A program made the translations under genes and the position numbers. The notes under the pieces are model-generated. The model saw only the letters and a program-made list of their open reading frames with translations. It was not told where the DNA came from and did no database searches. From positions 352,001 to 416,000 of the forward strand of contig CAWAHW010000001.1 in assembly GCA_963781885.1 (NCBI GenBank): 64,000 nt of DNA, given 5' to 3'. This document shows, in pieces, positions 39,400 through 50,385 of this stretch; position 1 is the first letter of the stretch, and every line of letters starts with the position of its first letter. Source of the DNA: an uncultured Spirochaetota bacterium (GTDB lineage: Bacteria > Spirochaetota > Spirochaetia > SZUA-6 > Fen-1364).

Positions 39400-41844
39400 C
39401 TACGCGATCCGGACGGCCGGGGGCTCGACTTTCACTTTCTCGGAGAGCCCTGCCGCGAGAGCCTCGTCGATGCGCTCCACGAGCACGAAGCTCATCTTGC
39501 TCCTTACATCGGCCGGCACATCTTCCAGGTCCCGCTCGTTGCGCTTGGGCAGTATCACCGTGGTGAGCCCCGCGCGGTGCGCGGCAAGCACCTTCATCTT
39601 CACGCCGCCGATGGGAAGCACCCGGCCGCGGAGCGTCGCCTCGCCGGTCATGCCGACGTTGCCTTTCACGGGACGGCCCGTAAAGAGGCTCGCGACGGCC
39701 ATGGTCATCGCGACGCCCGCGGAGGGTCCGTCTTTCGGCGTGGCGCCGGCCGGCACGTGCACATGCACGTCGGTCTGCGCGAATGCTTCGGGATCGATGC
39801 CCAACTCCGCGGCCTTGGACCGCACGAAGCTGTACGCGATCCTCGCGCTTTCCTTCATGACGTCCCCGAGCTGGCCGGTCAGGGTGAACTCGCCTTTTCC
39901 TTTCATCCGGGTCGCCTCGATGAAGAGGATGTCCCCGCCAACCGGCGTCACGGCGAGTCCCGTTGCGATGCCGGGTATCTCGATGGTTTCCGAGGCATCG
40001 GATTCGAACTTCTCCTTGCGCAGCAGGTCGCGCACCACCTCGGGCGTGATGATCACGACCGGTGCGGGTCCTGCATCGGGCGCCTGCGCGGCGATCTTCG
40101 TCACGCTCTTGCGGCATATGGTGCCGATCTGGCGCTCGAGGTTGCGCACGCCCGCCTCGCGCGTATAGTCCTGCACGATCTTGAAGAGCGCCTCCTCGGT
40201 GAAGGTGATCTCCCCTTCGCGGAGACCGTTCGCCGCGAGCTGCCGCTTCACCAGATGCTCCTGCGCGATCTTCACCTTCTCGTACTCGGTGTAGCCGTCG
40301 AGGTGGATGATCTCCATGCGGTCGCGCAGCGGCGCCGGGATGGGCTCGAGCTGGTTTGCCGTCGTGACGAACATCACGTCGGTCAGGTCGAAATCGACGT
40401 TGAGGTAGTGGTCGCGGAAGGTTCCGTTCTGTGCGGGGTCCAGCACTTCCAGCAGCGCGCTGGAGGGGTCGCCCCGCCAGTCGCTTCCCACCTTGTCGAT
40501 CTCGTCCAGCATGAAAACGGGGTTGCGCGTGCCCGCGCGCTTGATGGCCTGCATCACCCTGCCCGGCATCGAGCCGATGTACGTGCGCCGGTGGCCGCGT
40601 ATCTCCGCCTCGTCGCGCATGCCGCCGAGGCTCATGCGGGTGAACTTGCGGCCAAGGGCGCGCGCGATGCTTTGCCCGAGCGATGTCTTTCCCACGCCGG
40701 GAGGCCCAACGAAGCAGAGGATGGCGCCCATCGCCTTGCCGGTTTTGCCGTCCTCCGCCCGGTCGCGCTGGATGCCGCGCTCCTTGAAGAGCTTCCGCAC
40801 GGCGAGAAACTCGACGATGCGGTCCTTTACCTCCTGCAGGTCGTAGTGATCTTCGTCCAGTACCTTGCGCGCGTTCACGATGTCCAGCTGGTCCTCGCTT
40901 GCCACGTTCCAGGGCAGCTCCACCATCCAGTCGAGGTAGGTCTTGATCATCGAATACTCGGGGGACTGCGGCGACATGCCGGAAAGCCGCTTCAGCTCGC
41001 GCTCCGCTTCTTTCTTTGCCTCCTCGGGAAGCCCCGCCTTTGCGAGCTTCTCCGTGTATTCATTTGCCGCGGAGGAGGAGTCGTCCATCTCCCCCAGCTC
41101 CTTCTGGATGGCCTTCATCTGCTGGCGAAGGAAGTATTCCCGCTGGTCCTTCTCCATCTCATCTTTCGCTTCTGACCTGATCTTCTGCCCCAGGCTCAGC
41201 ACTTCGCGCTGGTGGCGCAGGTGCATGATGAGGGCGCGCAGCTTCTCCTTTGAGGAGTCGATCTCCAGGAGCTTCTGTGCGTCCGCCGGCTCCAGCTGGC
41301 TGTTGGCAGCGACGAGGTAAGCGAGGTAGCGCGGGTCGGTCACCGTCGCGAGGAAGCGGGCAGCCTCGTTGGGGATGTTCGGGGAAAGCTCCACGATCTC
41401 CCGGCCGAGGTCCTTGAGACTCGCCACGAGAGCCTCGAGCTCCAGGTCCGTTTCCACCGTTTCGGGCGCCGCTTCCACGCGCGCGCGCAGGTAGGCGGAG
41501 GGGGATATCCACTGCGCGACGCGGAAGCGCTCGATGCCCTGCACGACGACCTGCATCGCTCCGTCATTGCCGCGCACGACGCGCAGAATGCGCGCCATCG
41601 TGCCCGTCTCGTGGAGCTGCCCGGGGACGGGCTCTTCCACAGCGGGCTCGCGCGAAGCGAGGAGCCCCACCAGGCTGTCTCCTTCCATGGCCTCCTCCAC
41701 CAGCTTCACCGACCGGGGTATTCCCACCGCCAGCGGGATCACGGAGAACGGGAAGGCCACCATGTCGCGCAGGGGGAGGATCGGCAGCTCGCGGGGCACC
41801 CCCGTGGGCTGGTCTGAATTCTTCGGTTTGAAAAAACTTGCCAT
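39400..41844 (-). CDS. lon: ATP-dependent Lon protease
   Basis: LON N-domain, GPPGVGKTS, GHRRTY, KDGPSAG catalytic Ser. Confidence 0.97.
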   Translation of the reverse strand: MASFFKPKNSDQPTGVPRELPILPLRDMVAFPFSVIPLAVGIPRSVKLVEEAMEGDSLVGLLASREPAVEEPVPGQLHETGTMARILRVVRGNDGAMQVVVQGIERFRVAQWISPSAYLRARVEAAPETVETDLELEALVASLKDLGREIVELSPNIPNEAARFLATVTDPRYLAYLVAANSQLEPADAQKLLEIDSSKEKLRALIMHLRHQREVLSLGQKIRSEAKDEMEKDQREYFLRQQMKAIQKELGEMDDSSSAANEYTEKLAKAGLPEEAKKEAERELKRLSGMSPQSPEYSMIKTYLDWMVELPWNVASEDQLDIVNARKVLDEDHYDLQEVKDRIVEFLAVRKLFKERGIQRDRAEDGKTGKAMGAILCFVGPPGVGKTSLGQSIARALGRKFTRMSLGGMRDEAEIRGHRRTYIGSMPGRVMQAIKRAGTRNPVFMLDEIDKVGSDWRGDPSSALLEVLDPAQNGTFRDHYLNVDFDLTDVMFVTTANQLEPIPAPLRDRMEIIHLDGYTEYEKVKIAQEHLVKRQLAANGLREGEITFTEEALFKIVQDYTREAGVRNLERQIGTICRKSVTKIAAQAPDAGPAPVVIITPEVVRDLLRKEKFESDASETIEIPGIATGLAVTPVGGDILFIEATRMKGKGEFTLTGQLGDVMKESARIAYSFVRSKAAELGIDPEAFAQTDVHVHVPAGATPKDGPSAGVAMTMAVASLFTGRPVKGNVGMTGEATLRGRVLPIGGVKMKVLAAHRAGLTTVILPKRNERDLEDVPADVRSKMSFVLVERIDEALAAGLSEKVKVEPPAVRIA

Positions 41845-41997
41845 ATGTCTCATGTCCTTTCTCTGCAACCTAAGATACGCATGAAGGGTGAAATCTCAAA
41901 ACCACCCGTTCGGGGAGGTTGAGCGGCGCCCGGGAATCCATCCACAGGCAGCAAGATCCGGGTTGTCCGGGATGCCTCCTGCCTCTACCCTCAGGCT

Positions 41998-42893
41998 ATG
42001 ACGGCACTTTCAGTCCTTCTTCTCCTGCTGCTTTCCGCGATCTGGGGCAGCTCTTTCATCTTCATCCGCTACCTCGCACCCCTCATCGGGCCCGTGGCAA
42101 CGGCGGACTTCCGCATGCTCCTTGCGGGAATCGCGCTCCTGCTCTTTTTTTTCGCCACCCGGTTCACGGCGGGCTGGAAGAAGAACTGGAGGCATTTCCT
42201 CGTCATCGGGATTGCCAACTCCGCGCTCCCCTTCGTGCTGTATTCCGCCGCGGCACTCGTCCTTCCCGCCTCCATGGAAGCCATCTTCAATTCGCTTTCC
42301 CCGATGTTCGGCGCTCTTTTTGCCGCTCTGTGGCTCGGCGAGCGGTTGACGGCGCGCAAGGTTCCGGCCTCGCCCTCGGGGTGGCGGGGGTGGTCACGAT
42401 GAGCAGCCTCGCCGGTCTTTCCATGAGCTTCACGACGATCGTGGCCCTTCTTGCCTGCGTTCTTGCGCCGATGTGCTACGGCCTGGCAGGCGTCTACATC
42501 AAGAAGCGCGCCGCGGGAGCCGCGCCCATGGCCATCGCGGGGGGCAGCCAGCTCCTGGGCGGCCTCGCGCTCCTGCCCTTCGTTTTCATCTCCCCGCCCG
42601 CGCCCGCCGTCTTCAGCCTGGCGATCACGTGCATCGTGGTTGCTTTTGCCCTTGTCTGCAGCGGCATCGCCTACATCATCTACTACCGCCTCATTGCCGA
42701 CATCGGTCCGACCCGGGCGCTCACCGTGACCTTTCTCATCCCGGTCTTCGCCATGGGGTGGAGCTTCCTCCTGCTGCGGGAGACGATCTCGTGGAGCATG
42801 ATACTCGGCGCCGCGATCATCCTGGCCGGCACCTGGCTCGTCACTACGGCCGGCAGGAAGCGCGCCGTGCTCGTCCGGGTGACGGGGAGATAA
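41998..42893 (+). CDS. DMT/EamA family transporter, frameshift near 42364
   Basis: IWGSSF, NSALPF, LGERL in one frame; IGPTRALTVTFLIPVF in the next. Confidence 0.85.
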
Positions 42894-42927
42894 AAAGACG
42901 GCCATGGGGGTGAATCCCATGGCCATC
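42892..42927 (-). terminator. Intrinsic terminator on the minus strand
   Basis: GATGGCCATGGG-ATTCACC-CCCATGGCCGTC-TTTTT. Confidence 0.8.
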
Positions 42928-43059
42928 GGGAAGGGAGGAAGTCAGCCTGTTCAGGGCTTACGTCGTCATCTGTCCTTCATTGTAGCGCAGGGCGCATCCA
43001 ATCACAGGGCCATGACGAGGAGCAGCGATCGTCGAACGTCGACCGCCGCTCCCGCGTGC

Positions 43060-43311
43060 CTATCCGATGTCCTTCCGCATCTGATCGAATTCCTGACGGG
43101 AGATCTCACCGCGCGCGTAGCGCTCCCGGAGAATGGAAAGCGCCACGTTCTCCCGCGTCGGCCTCAAGCCGTGCCGCGCGAGATTCACGATGAGCATCAC
43201 CATTGCCGCGACGAAGAGCGCCCAGAAGACGACCATTGCGATCGGCCCCACCCAGGACAGCCAGCCGACGCCGTGCGCCATTGCGAACCCGTATCTGCCC
43301 GCTCCAAACAT
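43060..43311 (-). CDS. Small membrane protein with SHOCT domain
   Basis: One TM helix, then ALSILRERYARGEISRQEF; AAGGAG RBS. Confidence 0.85.
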   Translation of the reverse strand: MFGAGRYGFAMAHGVGWLSWVGPIAMVVFWALFVAAMVMLIVNLARHGLRPTRENVALSILRERYARGEISRQEFDQMRKDIG

Positions 43312-43414
43312 CGCGCTTCTCCTTTCTGTCGCTGAATGAAAGGTAGCGGGGAGCGATGCGAGCGGCCAGTTAAATTACCTTAATCCCAGCTTAACGAAGT
43401 TAACGCAAGGACGA

Positions 43415-44824
43415 TCAGACCTCGAAGATCTTTCCCGGGTTGAGGATTCCCTGGGGGTCCAGGGCGCGCTTGATCGCGCGCATCGCGGCGACCGGGGCGG
43501 GGCCGAGATTCTGCGTGAGAAAGGCGCGCTTCACGAGCCCGATGCCGTGCTCGCCCGAGATCACCCCTCCGCGCTCGGCCACGTCGGCGTAGAGGGCCCG
43601 GGTCGCTTCATCCCGGCGCGGCCTCCAGTCGGGAAGCTCCGGCCCGAAGAGCCCGTCCTGGAGCATGCATTTCATGAAATGACTGTGCACGTTGCCGTCG
43701 GCGGCGTGCCCGAAGCACGGCATGGAGGCGCCGAGCCTCGCCTCGAGGGAATGGACGACGCTCACGTGGCGCGCGATCTCGGAGCGCGGCACGCACACGT
43801 CGTACACCTCCGCCATGCCGGGGCGCAGCGCTTCGTAGAGGTTGCTCCGCAGCTCGAGGATCTCCGTCTGTTTCGCCTTCTGGTCGGCGATGAGCACGTC
43901 CAGAGCGCCCGCTTTCTCCATGACCTCGCCGATCGTCTCAGCCTGGGAGAGGGTGTCTTCCTCGTTCCTGCCGTCGAGGATGATCATGAGGGAGGCGTCA
44001 CCCGTACGGGCCGGCCAGGTCTTGTTGAGGAGCCGCTCCGCCGCGCGCATGGGTGCGTGCTCGACGAACTCCACCGCGCAGGGAATGATGCCCTGTTCGA
44101 GCATGCCGGGCACCGCCTCGATGGCCTGCTGGACCGTGGCGAACGGAGAGATGAGCGTCTGCACCGATCCCACCCGGGGGAGAAGGCCCAGCGTCACGCG
44201 CGTGATCACGCCCAGCGTGCCCTCCGACCCGATCATGAGGTCCAGCAGGTGATAGCCCGCGCTGGACTTGATGAACTTGCCTCCGAGCTCCATCACCTCG
44301 CCGTCTGCCGTGACCACCTGGAGACCGAGCACGAAACGCTTCACCGTGCCGTATTTCACCGCGCGCGCGCCGCCGGCATTCGCCGCCACGGCGCCGCCGA
44401 TGAATGCCCCCTCGTCCCCCGGGTGCGGCGGGAAGTAGAGCGACAGCGCGTCCACCTCCTCGTAGAGCCGCTTCAGGGTCATGCCCGCCTGCACGGTGAT
44501 GGTGTTGTTCTTCCTGTCCGCGTCGACCAGGCGGTTGAGAAGCTCCATGGAAAGAACGATGCCGCCGGGACAGGGTATGCATCCGCCGGCGAGGCCCGTG
44601 CCCCCGCCGCGGGTGGTGAGGGGGACGCCTTCGCGCAGGCAGAGCCGGACAAGGGCGGCGACTTCCTTCTCATCGGCAGGCTTTACAACCGCCAGGGGCG
44701 CCGTGCGGAAAGAATCCGTCGCGAACTCGTCGTGACTGAAGGGGGCAATGGTGTCGGGATCGAGCAGGAGTCGGTCCCCGACGATGTCGCGTGCGCCGGC
44801 ACGCCATGAATCGCTGAGTGCCAT
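43415..44824 (-). CDS. FAD-linked oxidase (GlcD/D-lactate dehydrogenase family)
   Basis: RGGGTGLAGG, NAGG, KYG, GSEGTLG, GHAADGNVH, SGEHGIG, LNPGK. Confidence 0.92.
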   Translation of the reverse strand: MALSDSWRAGARDIVGDRLLLDPDTIAPFSHDEFATDSFRTAPLAVVKPADEKEVAALVRLCLREGVPLTTRGGGTGLAGGCIPCPGGIVLSMELLNRLVDADRKNNTITVQAGMTLKRLYEEVDALSLYFPPHPGDEGAFIGGAVAANAGGARAVKYGTVKRFVLGLQVVTADGEVMELGGKFIKSSAGYHLLDLMIGSEGTLGVITRVTLGLLPRVGSVQTLISPFATVQQAIEAVPGMLEQGIIPCAVEFVEHAPMRAAERLLNKTWPARTGDASLMIILDGRNEEDTLSQAETIGEVMEKAGALDVLIADQKAKQTEILELRSNLYEALRPGMAEVYDVCVPRSEIARHVSVVHSLEARLGASMPCFGHAADGNVHSHFMKCMLQDGLFGPELPDWRPRRDEATRALYADVAERGGVISGEHGIGLVKRAFLTQNLGPAPVAAMRAIKRALDPQGILNPGKIFEV

Positions 44825-44927
44825 GGCCGAATGATAGCATGCTGCCCCGTGCATGTCCCGCCGGTTTACGCGCTTCCTCCTTCAGGCCTTGCCCGCGTAT
44901 ATTTGAGGCATTCGGAAGGAGCATGCC

Positions 44928-45509
44928 GTGAGCTTCACACTCGGTCTCGGGGCAAAGGCCCCCGCGTTTCGTCTCCCTGCCACCGACGACAGGACCTACA
45001 CGCTGGAAAGCTTCAAGGAGGCTTCCGCGCTTGTCGTCTTTTTCACTTGCAATCACTGCCCCTACGTCATCGGCTCGGACGACGTGACGCGCAAGAGCGC
45101 CGAAAAGTACAAATCAAAAGGCGTCGTCTTCGTCGCCATCAATGCGAACGATGAAAAGACGCACGCGGACGACGATTTCGCCCACATGGTGACGCGCATG
45201 CAGGAGCACAAGTTCCCGTGGGTCTACCTCCGCGACGAAAGCCAGGATGCCGCCAGGGCTTATGGCGCGCTGCGCACCCCCCACTTCTTCGTGTTCGGCA
45301 AGGACAGATCGCTCGTTTACACCGGGCGTGGCGTCGACTCGCCGAAGGAAACCGCGAAGATGACGGTCAACGACCTGGACAACGCGCTGGATGACTACCT
45401 GGCCGGCGTGCCGGTCCGGGTGGAGCTCACGAATCCCATCGGGTGCAATGTAAAGTGGCGGGGCAAGGATGCGCACTGGATGCCGCCGGAAGCCTGCGAT
45501 CTGGTGTAG
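44928..45509 (+). CDS. Thioredoxin-fold AhpC/TSA-like protein
   Basis: [27 protein letters not shown]. Confidence 0.9.
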   Translation: MSFTLGLGAKAPAFRLPATDDRTYTLESFKEASALVVFFTCNHCPYVIGSDDVTRKSAEKYKSKGVVFVAINANDEKTHADDDFAHMVTRMQEHKFPWVYLRDESQDAARAYGALRTPHFFVFGKDRSLVYTGRGVDSPKETAKMTVNDLDNALDDYLAGVPVRVELTNPIGCNVKWRGKDAHWMPPEACDLV

Positions 45510-45526
45510 TGCGCCGAGGGCGACAG

Positions 45527-45616
45527 CGTGGCCGCCAGAATGGCACGGGCCTCCTTTCGGCCTTCCATGGCCTCGTCGGCCCTCGCCTTCCTTGGCTATG
45601 GCGTACCGTGGCCGCC
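45527..45616. repeat. 70-bp palindromic insert flanked by the 10-bp direct repeat CGTGGCCGCC
   Basis: Direct repeats at 45527-45536 and 45607-45616; internal GGCC-TTCCAT-GGCC; resembles 18664-18697. Confidence 0.55.
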
Positions 45617-46543
45617 CTAGACCTCGAAGGTCTTGCCCTCCTGGGCGATGGAGACCTTCATGCGCGTCTTGCCCTTGATCGCTTTCATATAGGCCGCGTG
45701 CAGCCCCTCCAGCTCCTGGTCGTTGCGCAGGGGCTCGTGGTGGAACAGGATGAGGTGCTTCACCCCGGCCTTGTTTGCCGAGTTGATTGCCCATTCGAAT
45801 GAGCTGTGACCCCAGCCGATCTTGCCCGCCAGGTATTCCTTGTGCGTGTACTGCGTGTCGTGGACAAGGAGGTCGGCGTTCTGGTAGAAGGCCTGCACCT
45901 TCTCATTCTCTTCCCGCGCGGCGATCTCCCCCTCCTTGACTGCCGCCTCGTCGTAGCCGGGATCGTCCGGCTTCACGTCGAAGACATTGCGGAACAGCTC
46001 GTGATCGTAGGCCGTGCAGAGCACCTTGCCTTCAAACTCGAACTTATAGCCCAGCACGAGGATGGGGTGATTGAGGTACTTCGTGGTCACCGTGAGCCCG
46101 TCGCCCAGATCGAGATTGCCTTCCTTGAGCTGGTAATAGTTGATCTTCGCGCGCAGCTCCTCCAGGCGCACGGGGAAGTAGCGGTAGCGGAGCTGGTCGC
46201 CGACGATCTTGTCCAGGGTGTCCTCTTCATAGGTGACGGGGCCGTAGATGTCGAGCTCCGTGCCGGGGATGAAGATGGGCGTGAAGAAGGGGAAACCCAT
46301 GATGTGGTCGTAATGGGTGTGCGTGAGGAAGACCTTCGTGTGAATGGGGCCCCGCGGCAGGTCCTTCTTCATGACCACGCCGGCGAGCTCGCGGATGCCG
46401 GAGCCAAGGTCGATGATGATGAGACGGTCCTTGTCCCCGAAACGCAGCTCGATGCAGGAGGTGTTCCCGCCGTACTTGACGGTAGTGGGACCGGGGACGG
46501 GGATCGAGCCCCGAACCCCCCAGAAGGTCAGGCGTATGGACAC
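45617..46543 (-). CDS. MBL-fold metallo-hydrolase
   Basis: FWGVRGS, YGGNTSC, THTHYDHIMG, NHP, HDTQY, GWGHS, FHHEP. Confidence 0.9.
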   Translation of the reverse strand: MSIRLTFWGVRGSIPVPGPTTVKYGGNTSCIELRFGDKDRLIIIDLGSGIRELAGVVMKKDLPRGPIHTKVFLTHTHYDHIMGFPFFTPIFIPGTELDIYGPVTYEEDTLDKIVGDQLRYRYFPVRLEELRAKINYYQLKEGNLDLGDGLTVTTKYLNHPILVLGYKFEFEGKVLCTAYDHELFRNVFDVKPDDPGYDEAAVKEGEIAAREENEKVQAFYQNADLLVHDTQYTHKEYLAGKIGWGHSSFEWAINSANKAGVKHLILFHHEPLRNDQELEGLHAAYMKAIKGKTRMKVSIAQEGKTFEV

Positions 46544-46556
46544 GCTTTGAGCTCTC

Positions 46557-47429
46557 CTACTGGGACACGCTCAGGAAAATCTTCGCCTTTTCGATCTCAC
46601 TGTTCGCTTTTTCCTCGACCGCTTCCAGGTCGTCCAGCGTGATGCCCAGCTCTTCCAGGAGGGACGGGGGAAGCTTTTCCGGGTAGCGGTCCCCCGAGAA
46701 GCCGATCTGCGCGCTATTGGCGAAGAAGTTCGCCGCGGCCACGGTGAGGAGGACCTCCCGGTTGGCGCCGGGATAGGAGTCGAGGAAGTGGTGGAAGAAG
46801 ACGACGTCCTCCATCACGGGACCGAGATTCCAGTTCTTGATGATGAGGCGCCCCACCTCGCAGTGGTTGACCTCCATGGTGCGTTCTTCCAGGATGTAGA
46901 GGGGCGCCCGCTCCTTGTCCGTGAGCGACAGCGCCGTCACGTATTCCGCGGACAGCTTGTTGTTGAGCGGTATCTTTCCGATGTCGTGGAGAAGCCCCGC
47001 GACGAAGTACTCTTCCAGCTGCTTGGGGTCCTTGCGGCGCTTGATGGCGATCAGCTTCGCGGTGACCCCGACGGCCAGGGAGTGCCGCCAGAAGCCGTCG
47101 ATGTTCAGCGCCTGGAAGTTTCCCTTTGCCGACAACTGCCCGAGCACCGCGGTGGAGAGGGCGAGATTCTTCACCGTGTTGATGCCCAGCATGATGATGG
47201 CCCGCACGAGGCTGGTGATCTGGTTGTTGAGGCTGTAGTAGGCGGAGTTGATGAGCTTCATGACCCGGCCCATGAGCACGGGGTCGAGGCTGATGACCTG
47301 GTTCAGGTCGGACGGCGAGGTCTTCGGGTCGTTGGCGATCTGGAGGATCTTCGAAACGGTGATGGGCAGGCTGGGCATCTTCGAGATGTAGGTCTGGATG
47401 ACTGCGAGTATCCGCTCTTTGTCCTGCAT
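46557..47429 (-). CDS. HDOD domain protein
   Basis: MPSLP, DPVL, INSAYY, LG, FWRHS, AGLLHDIGK, H..VG. Confidence 0.92.
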   Translation of the reverse strand: MQDKERILAVIQTYISKMPSLPITVSKILQIANDPKTSPSDLNQVISLDPVLMGRVMKLINSAYYSLNNQITSLVRAIIMLGINTVKNLALSTAVLGQLSAKGNFQALNIDGFWRHSLAVGVTAKLIAIKRRKDPKQLEEYFVAGLLHDIGKIPLNNKLSAEYVTALSLTDKERAPLYILEERTMEVNHCEVGRLIIKNWNLGPVMEDVVFFHHFLDSYPGANREVLLTVAAANFFANSAQIGFSGDRYPEKLPPSLLEELGITLDDLEAVEEKANSEIEKAKIFLSVSQ

Positions 47430-47432
47430 GCC

Positions 47433-50385
47433 TTATCCCGATCTCCCCATCCGGGCGACTATCGATTCTATGCGGTCCCTCATGGCCGCGCCAACTGCCT
47501 TGTCGGGGTGCCAGGCCGCGAGGTCCCTGAGGTAGGAAAACGTATCAACGACACGGGCGCGTGTCAGCGGCTCTTTTTTTCCGGGACGAGGCGGGCCGGA
47601 AGCTCTCCGCCACTTTCTGCCGCAGGCTCTTCTTGCCGGCAAGCTGCGCCTTCAAGGCCTCCATGGCAAGGCGCTCCTTGCTTCCCTTGAACCGCTTTTT
47701 CTCTCGCTCGGGCAGATAATCCGACAGTTTCCCCAGATAGTCAAGGAGATCGCCGGGATTGGTGGGCTTTGCCGGGCCCTTGTCCAGCCGATCGCGGACG
47801 CCGTCCAGGTAATCGCGGAGCTCCTTCCGCACGTCGTTGCTCGATCGGGCAGGCTCGGGCTCCTCGGTTCCCGGTCCGCCGTGCGTCCCCGACGCTTCCG
47901 GAGATCCCGCCCGGGCGGCGGAAGGCGTTCCCGGTTGATTCTCAAAGTTCTCCGGTACTTCTTCCAGCTCCGTCACGGGCTCAAGCTCTGCTTCAGGCTC
48001 TTCCGGGGGGGCGGTCTCCATTTCCGGTTCCGGCTCCGTATCCGTGACAGGACCCAGGCCCGGCCATGCCGGCGCGGAAGGAGCAGGGGTCTCGTCCAGG
48101 GGCTCTTCCACCTCCTCCAGGGTAACATCGGGTTCCTCGGTCTGCTCGGGCTCTTCTTCCCCTTCATCTTCACCGCTCCCTGCCGTGGCGTAGCGGGGGA
48201 ATCCCTCTGCCTGCGGCCCGGACGAAGGAAGGTCCATCATGATGGGCCGCGTGGAAGAGCCGCCGGAGGGCTGCTGCATATTGAGCACGATGGGCGGCAT
48301 CTGCGGCTGCCTCTTCTCGTCGATCTTGCGTGACAGGTCGCGCATCTCGTCGAAAAGCTTGTCGACGACCTTCGACTGCGCGGCAACGGATTCCTTCAGC
48401 GACTGGGCGAGCACCGATTCGCCCTGGGGGGAAAGGGTGAGCTGCGCCGGCTGCGCAATCGACGCTTGTGCCGGCTGCGGAGCCGCGGGGGGTGCGCTTC
48501 CCCGCGGTTGCTGGGAGGGAAGCTGCGGCTGCGGCTCGAACATCTCGAGGGCGGGGTTTTCCTCATAGAGCTCCTGGTCTTTCAGGAGATTCACGAGGTT
48601 GGGCGGCCGCTCGTCCTCGATGGAAACCGCGTCCTCCTGGATGGACTCGTCGACCTCCTCCAGCTGGAGCTCCTCATCCACCTCGCGCACGGCGAAGACC
48701 GGCTCCAGACCGCCCACGTTGATGATGGGAACCGCATCCTCCTCCAGCGGCTCGACATCCTCCAGCATGAGGGTGTCGTCGTCGGCCTTCTCCTTCTGGG
48801 GCGGTGCCGTCTCCACGGAGAGCTCGCGGAACTTGCGGATGGTCTTCTCCCGCTCGTCGCGGAAGTCCTTCTCGTGCTCGGAGATCGCCTTCTCGTACTC
48901 CTCCATGGCGTTGGAGAGGGCTTCCATGTCGCGCGGGTCCGTGCTCTGCTCCAGCTTGTTGATGAGGCCTTCCATCGTCTCGATGGCCTTTTGCGGCTCG
49001 CCCAGCTCGCGCTGGAGCTTCGCCAGGCGGAAGCTCGCCTCCGCGTCCTCGGGGGAGCTTTCCAGCACCTCGATGAGGATCTGGGCAGCCTGCCGCGCGT
49101 GCCCCTGGCGGGCATGGATGTCGGCCAGGAGCACGCGTGCCCGGTGGTCTTCGGGCTTCGTGGAGAGGTAGCGCAGCACCTCTTCCTCCGCCTTCTGTAT
49201 CTCGTTGCTTTCCTTCCAGAGAAAGGCGCGGTCGAGCCTGAAATCCTGGTCCTCGCCTCCCAGGCTTTCAAGCTTGTTGTAGGAGGCGAAAGCCTTTGCC
49301 TTTTCCCCCGTGCGGCCGTAGGAAATCGCCAGACCCTTGAGCGCATCAGGGTTGGCAGGCTCGCGGGAAAGAACGGCCTTGTAGCCTTCTATCGCTTCGG
49401 GATAATTCTCCAGCAGGCGCAGGATGCCCGCCAGGTGCAGACGCGCTTCCAGGTTGTCGGGCTCCAGCGCGAGCAGGCGCCGCAGCTCCTCCATGGCCTC
49501 GGTGAGCTTTCCCTCCTCCTCCAGGAGTGATGCGAGGTTTCCGACCGCCTGCGCATAGCGCGGGTTTGCCTTCATGGATTCGCGGTAGGCGGCTGCCGCA
49601 TCGTCCTTCCTGCCCAGCGCGGCGGCAACGACCCCGAGATTGTTCAAGGTGCGCGCGTTCTTCGGCTCCGCGCGCAGCGCCTCGCGGAGGGTCTTTTCCG
49701 CCGCGTGGTTGTCGCCCATGCGGTGCTGCGTGACGCCGAGATTGTTCAGCGCGTCCGCCCAGCCCGGCTTCGCCTTTGCCGCGGCCTCGTACTCCTCCCG
49801 GGCTTCCTTGGTCTTGCCGATGCGCTCATAGACGACGCCGAGGTTGTAATGCAGCCGGGGCTGGCTCGTGTCCGCCTGCAGGCCCTTCTGGTAGATGCGG
49901 ATGGCGTCCCCGAACCGGCCCGTCGACTCCAGCACCGTGCCGAGGTTGATGTAGGACGGCACGAAGCCGGGGTCCACGGCGATGGCTTTGGCGAAGTTCT
50001 CCTCTGCAAGCTCGTTGTTCCCCAGGGACTTGTAGACGTTGGCAAGATTGTAGTAGACGTCGCCGCGCTGCGGGGAGAGGTTGATGGCGCGCTCGAAATG
50101 CGGGATGGCCTCGCCGTAGGACTCGATGCGGCGGTAGAGCACGCCGAGATTGTTGTGCGCCTCCGTGTAGTCGGGTTTCAGCTGCACGGCCTTCTGGAAC
50201 ATCTCGATGGCCTTGCGGAACCGGCCCGTCTTCTCGCAGACGCTGCCCAGGAGGTTGTAGGCCACCGCGGAGTCCTGCTGGTCCTCCAGGATGCGCAGCG
50301 CGAGCTTTTCCACCAGAGGGTATTCGCCCATCTTGAAGGCGTTGCGCGCGCGCATGAGGATCTCGGGGGTGGTCATGGATTTCAT
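47433..50385 (-). CDS. Large TPR-repeat protein with acidic/Pro-rich C-terminal region; frameshift in the A7 run near 47577
   Basis: Many YNLG/NNLG TPR units; start MKSM overlaps the upstream stop; C-terminus continues as KKEPLTRARVVDTF in another frame. Confidence 0.85.
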
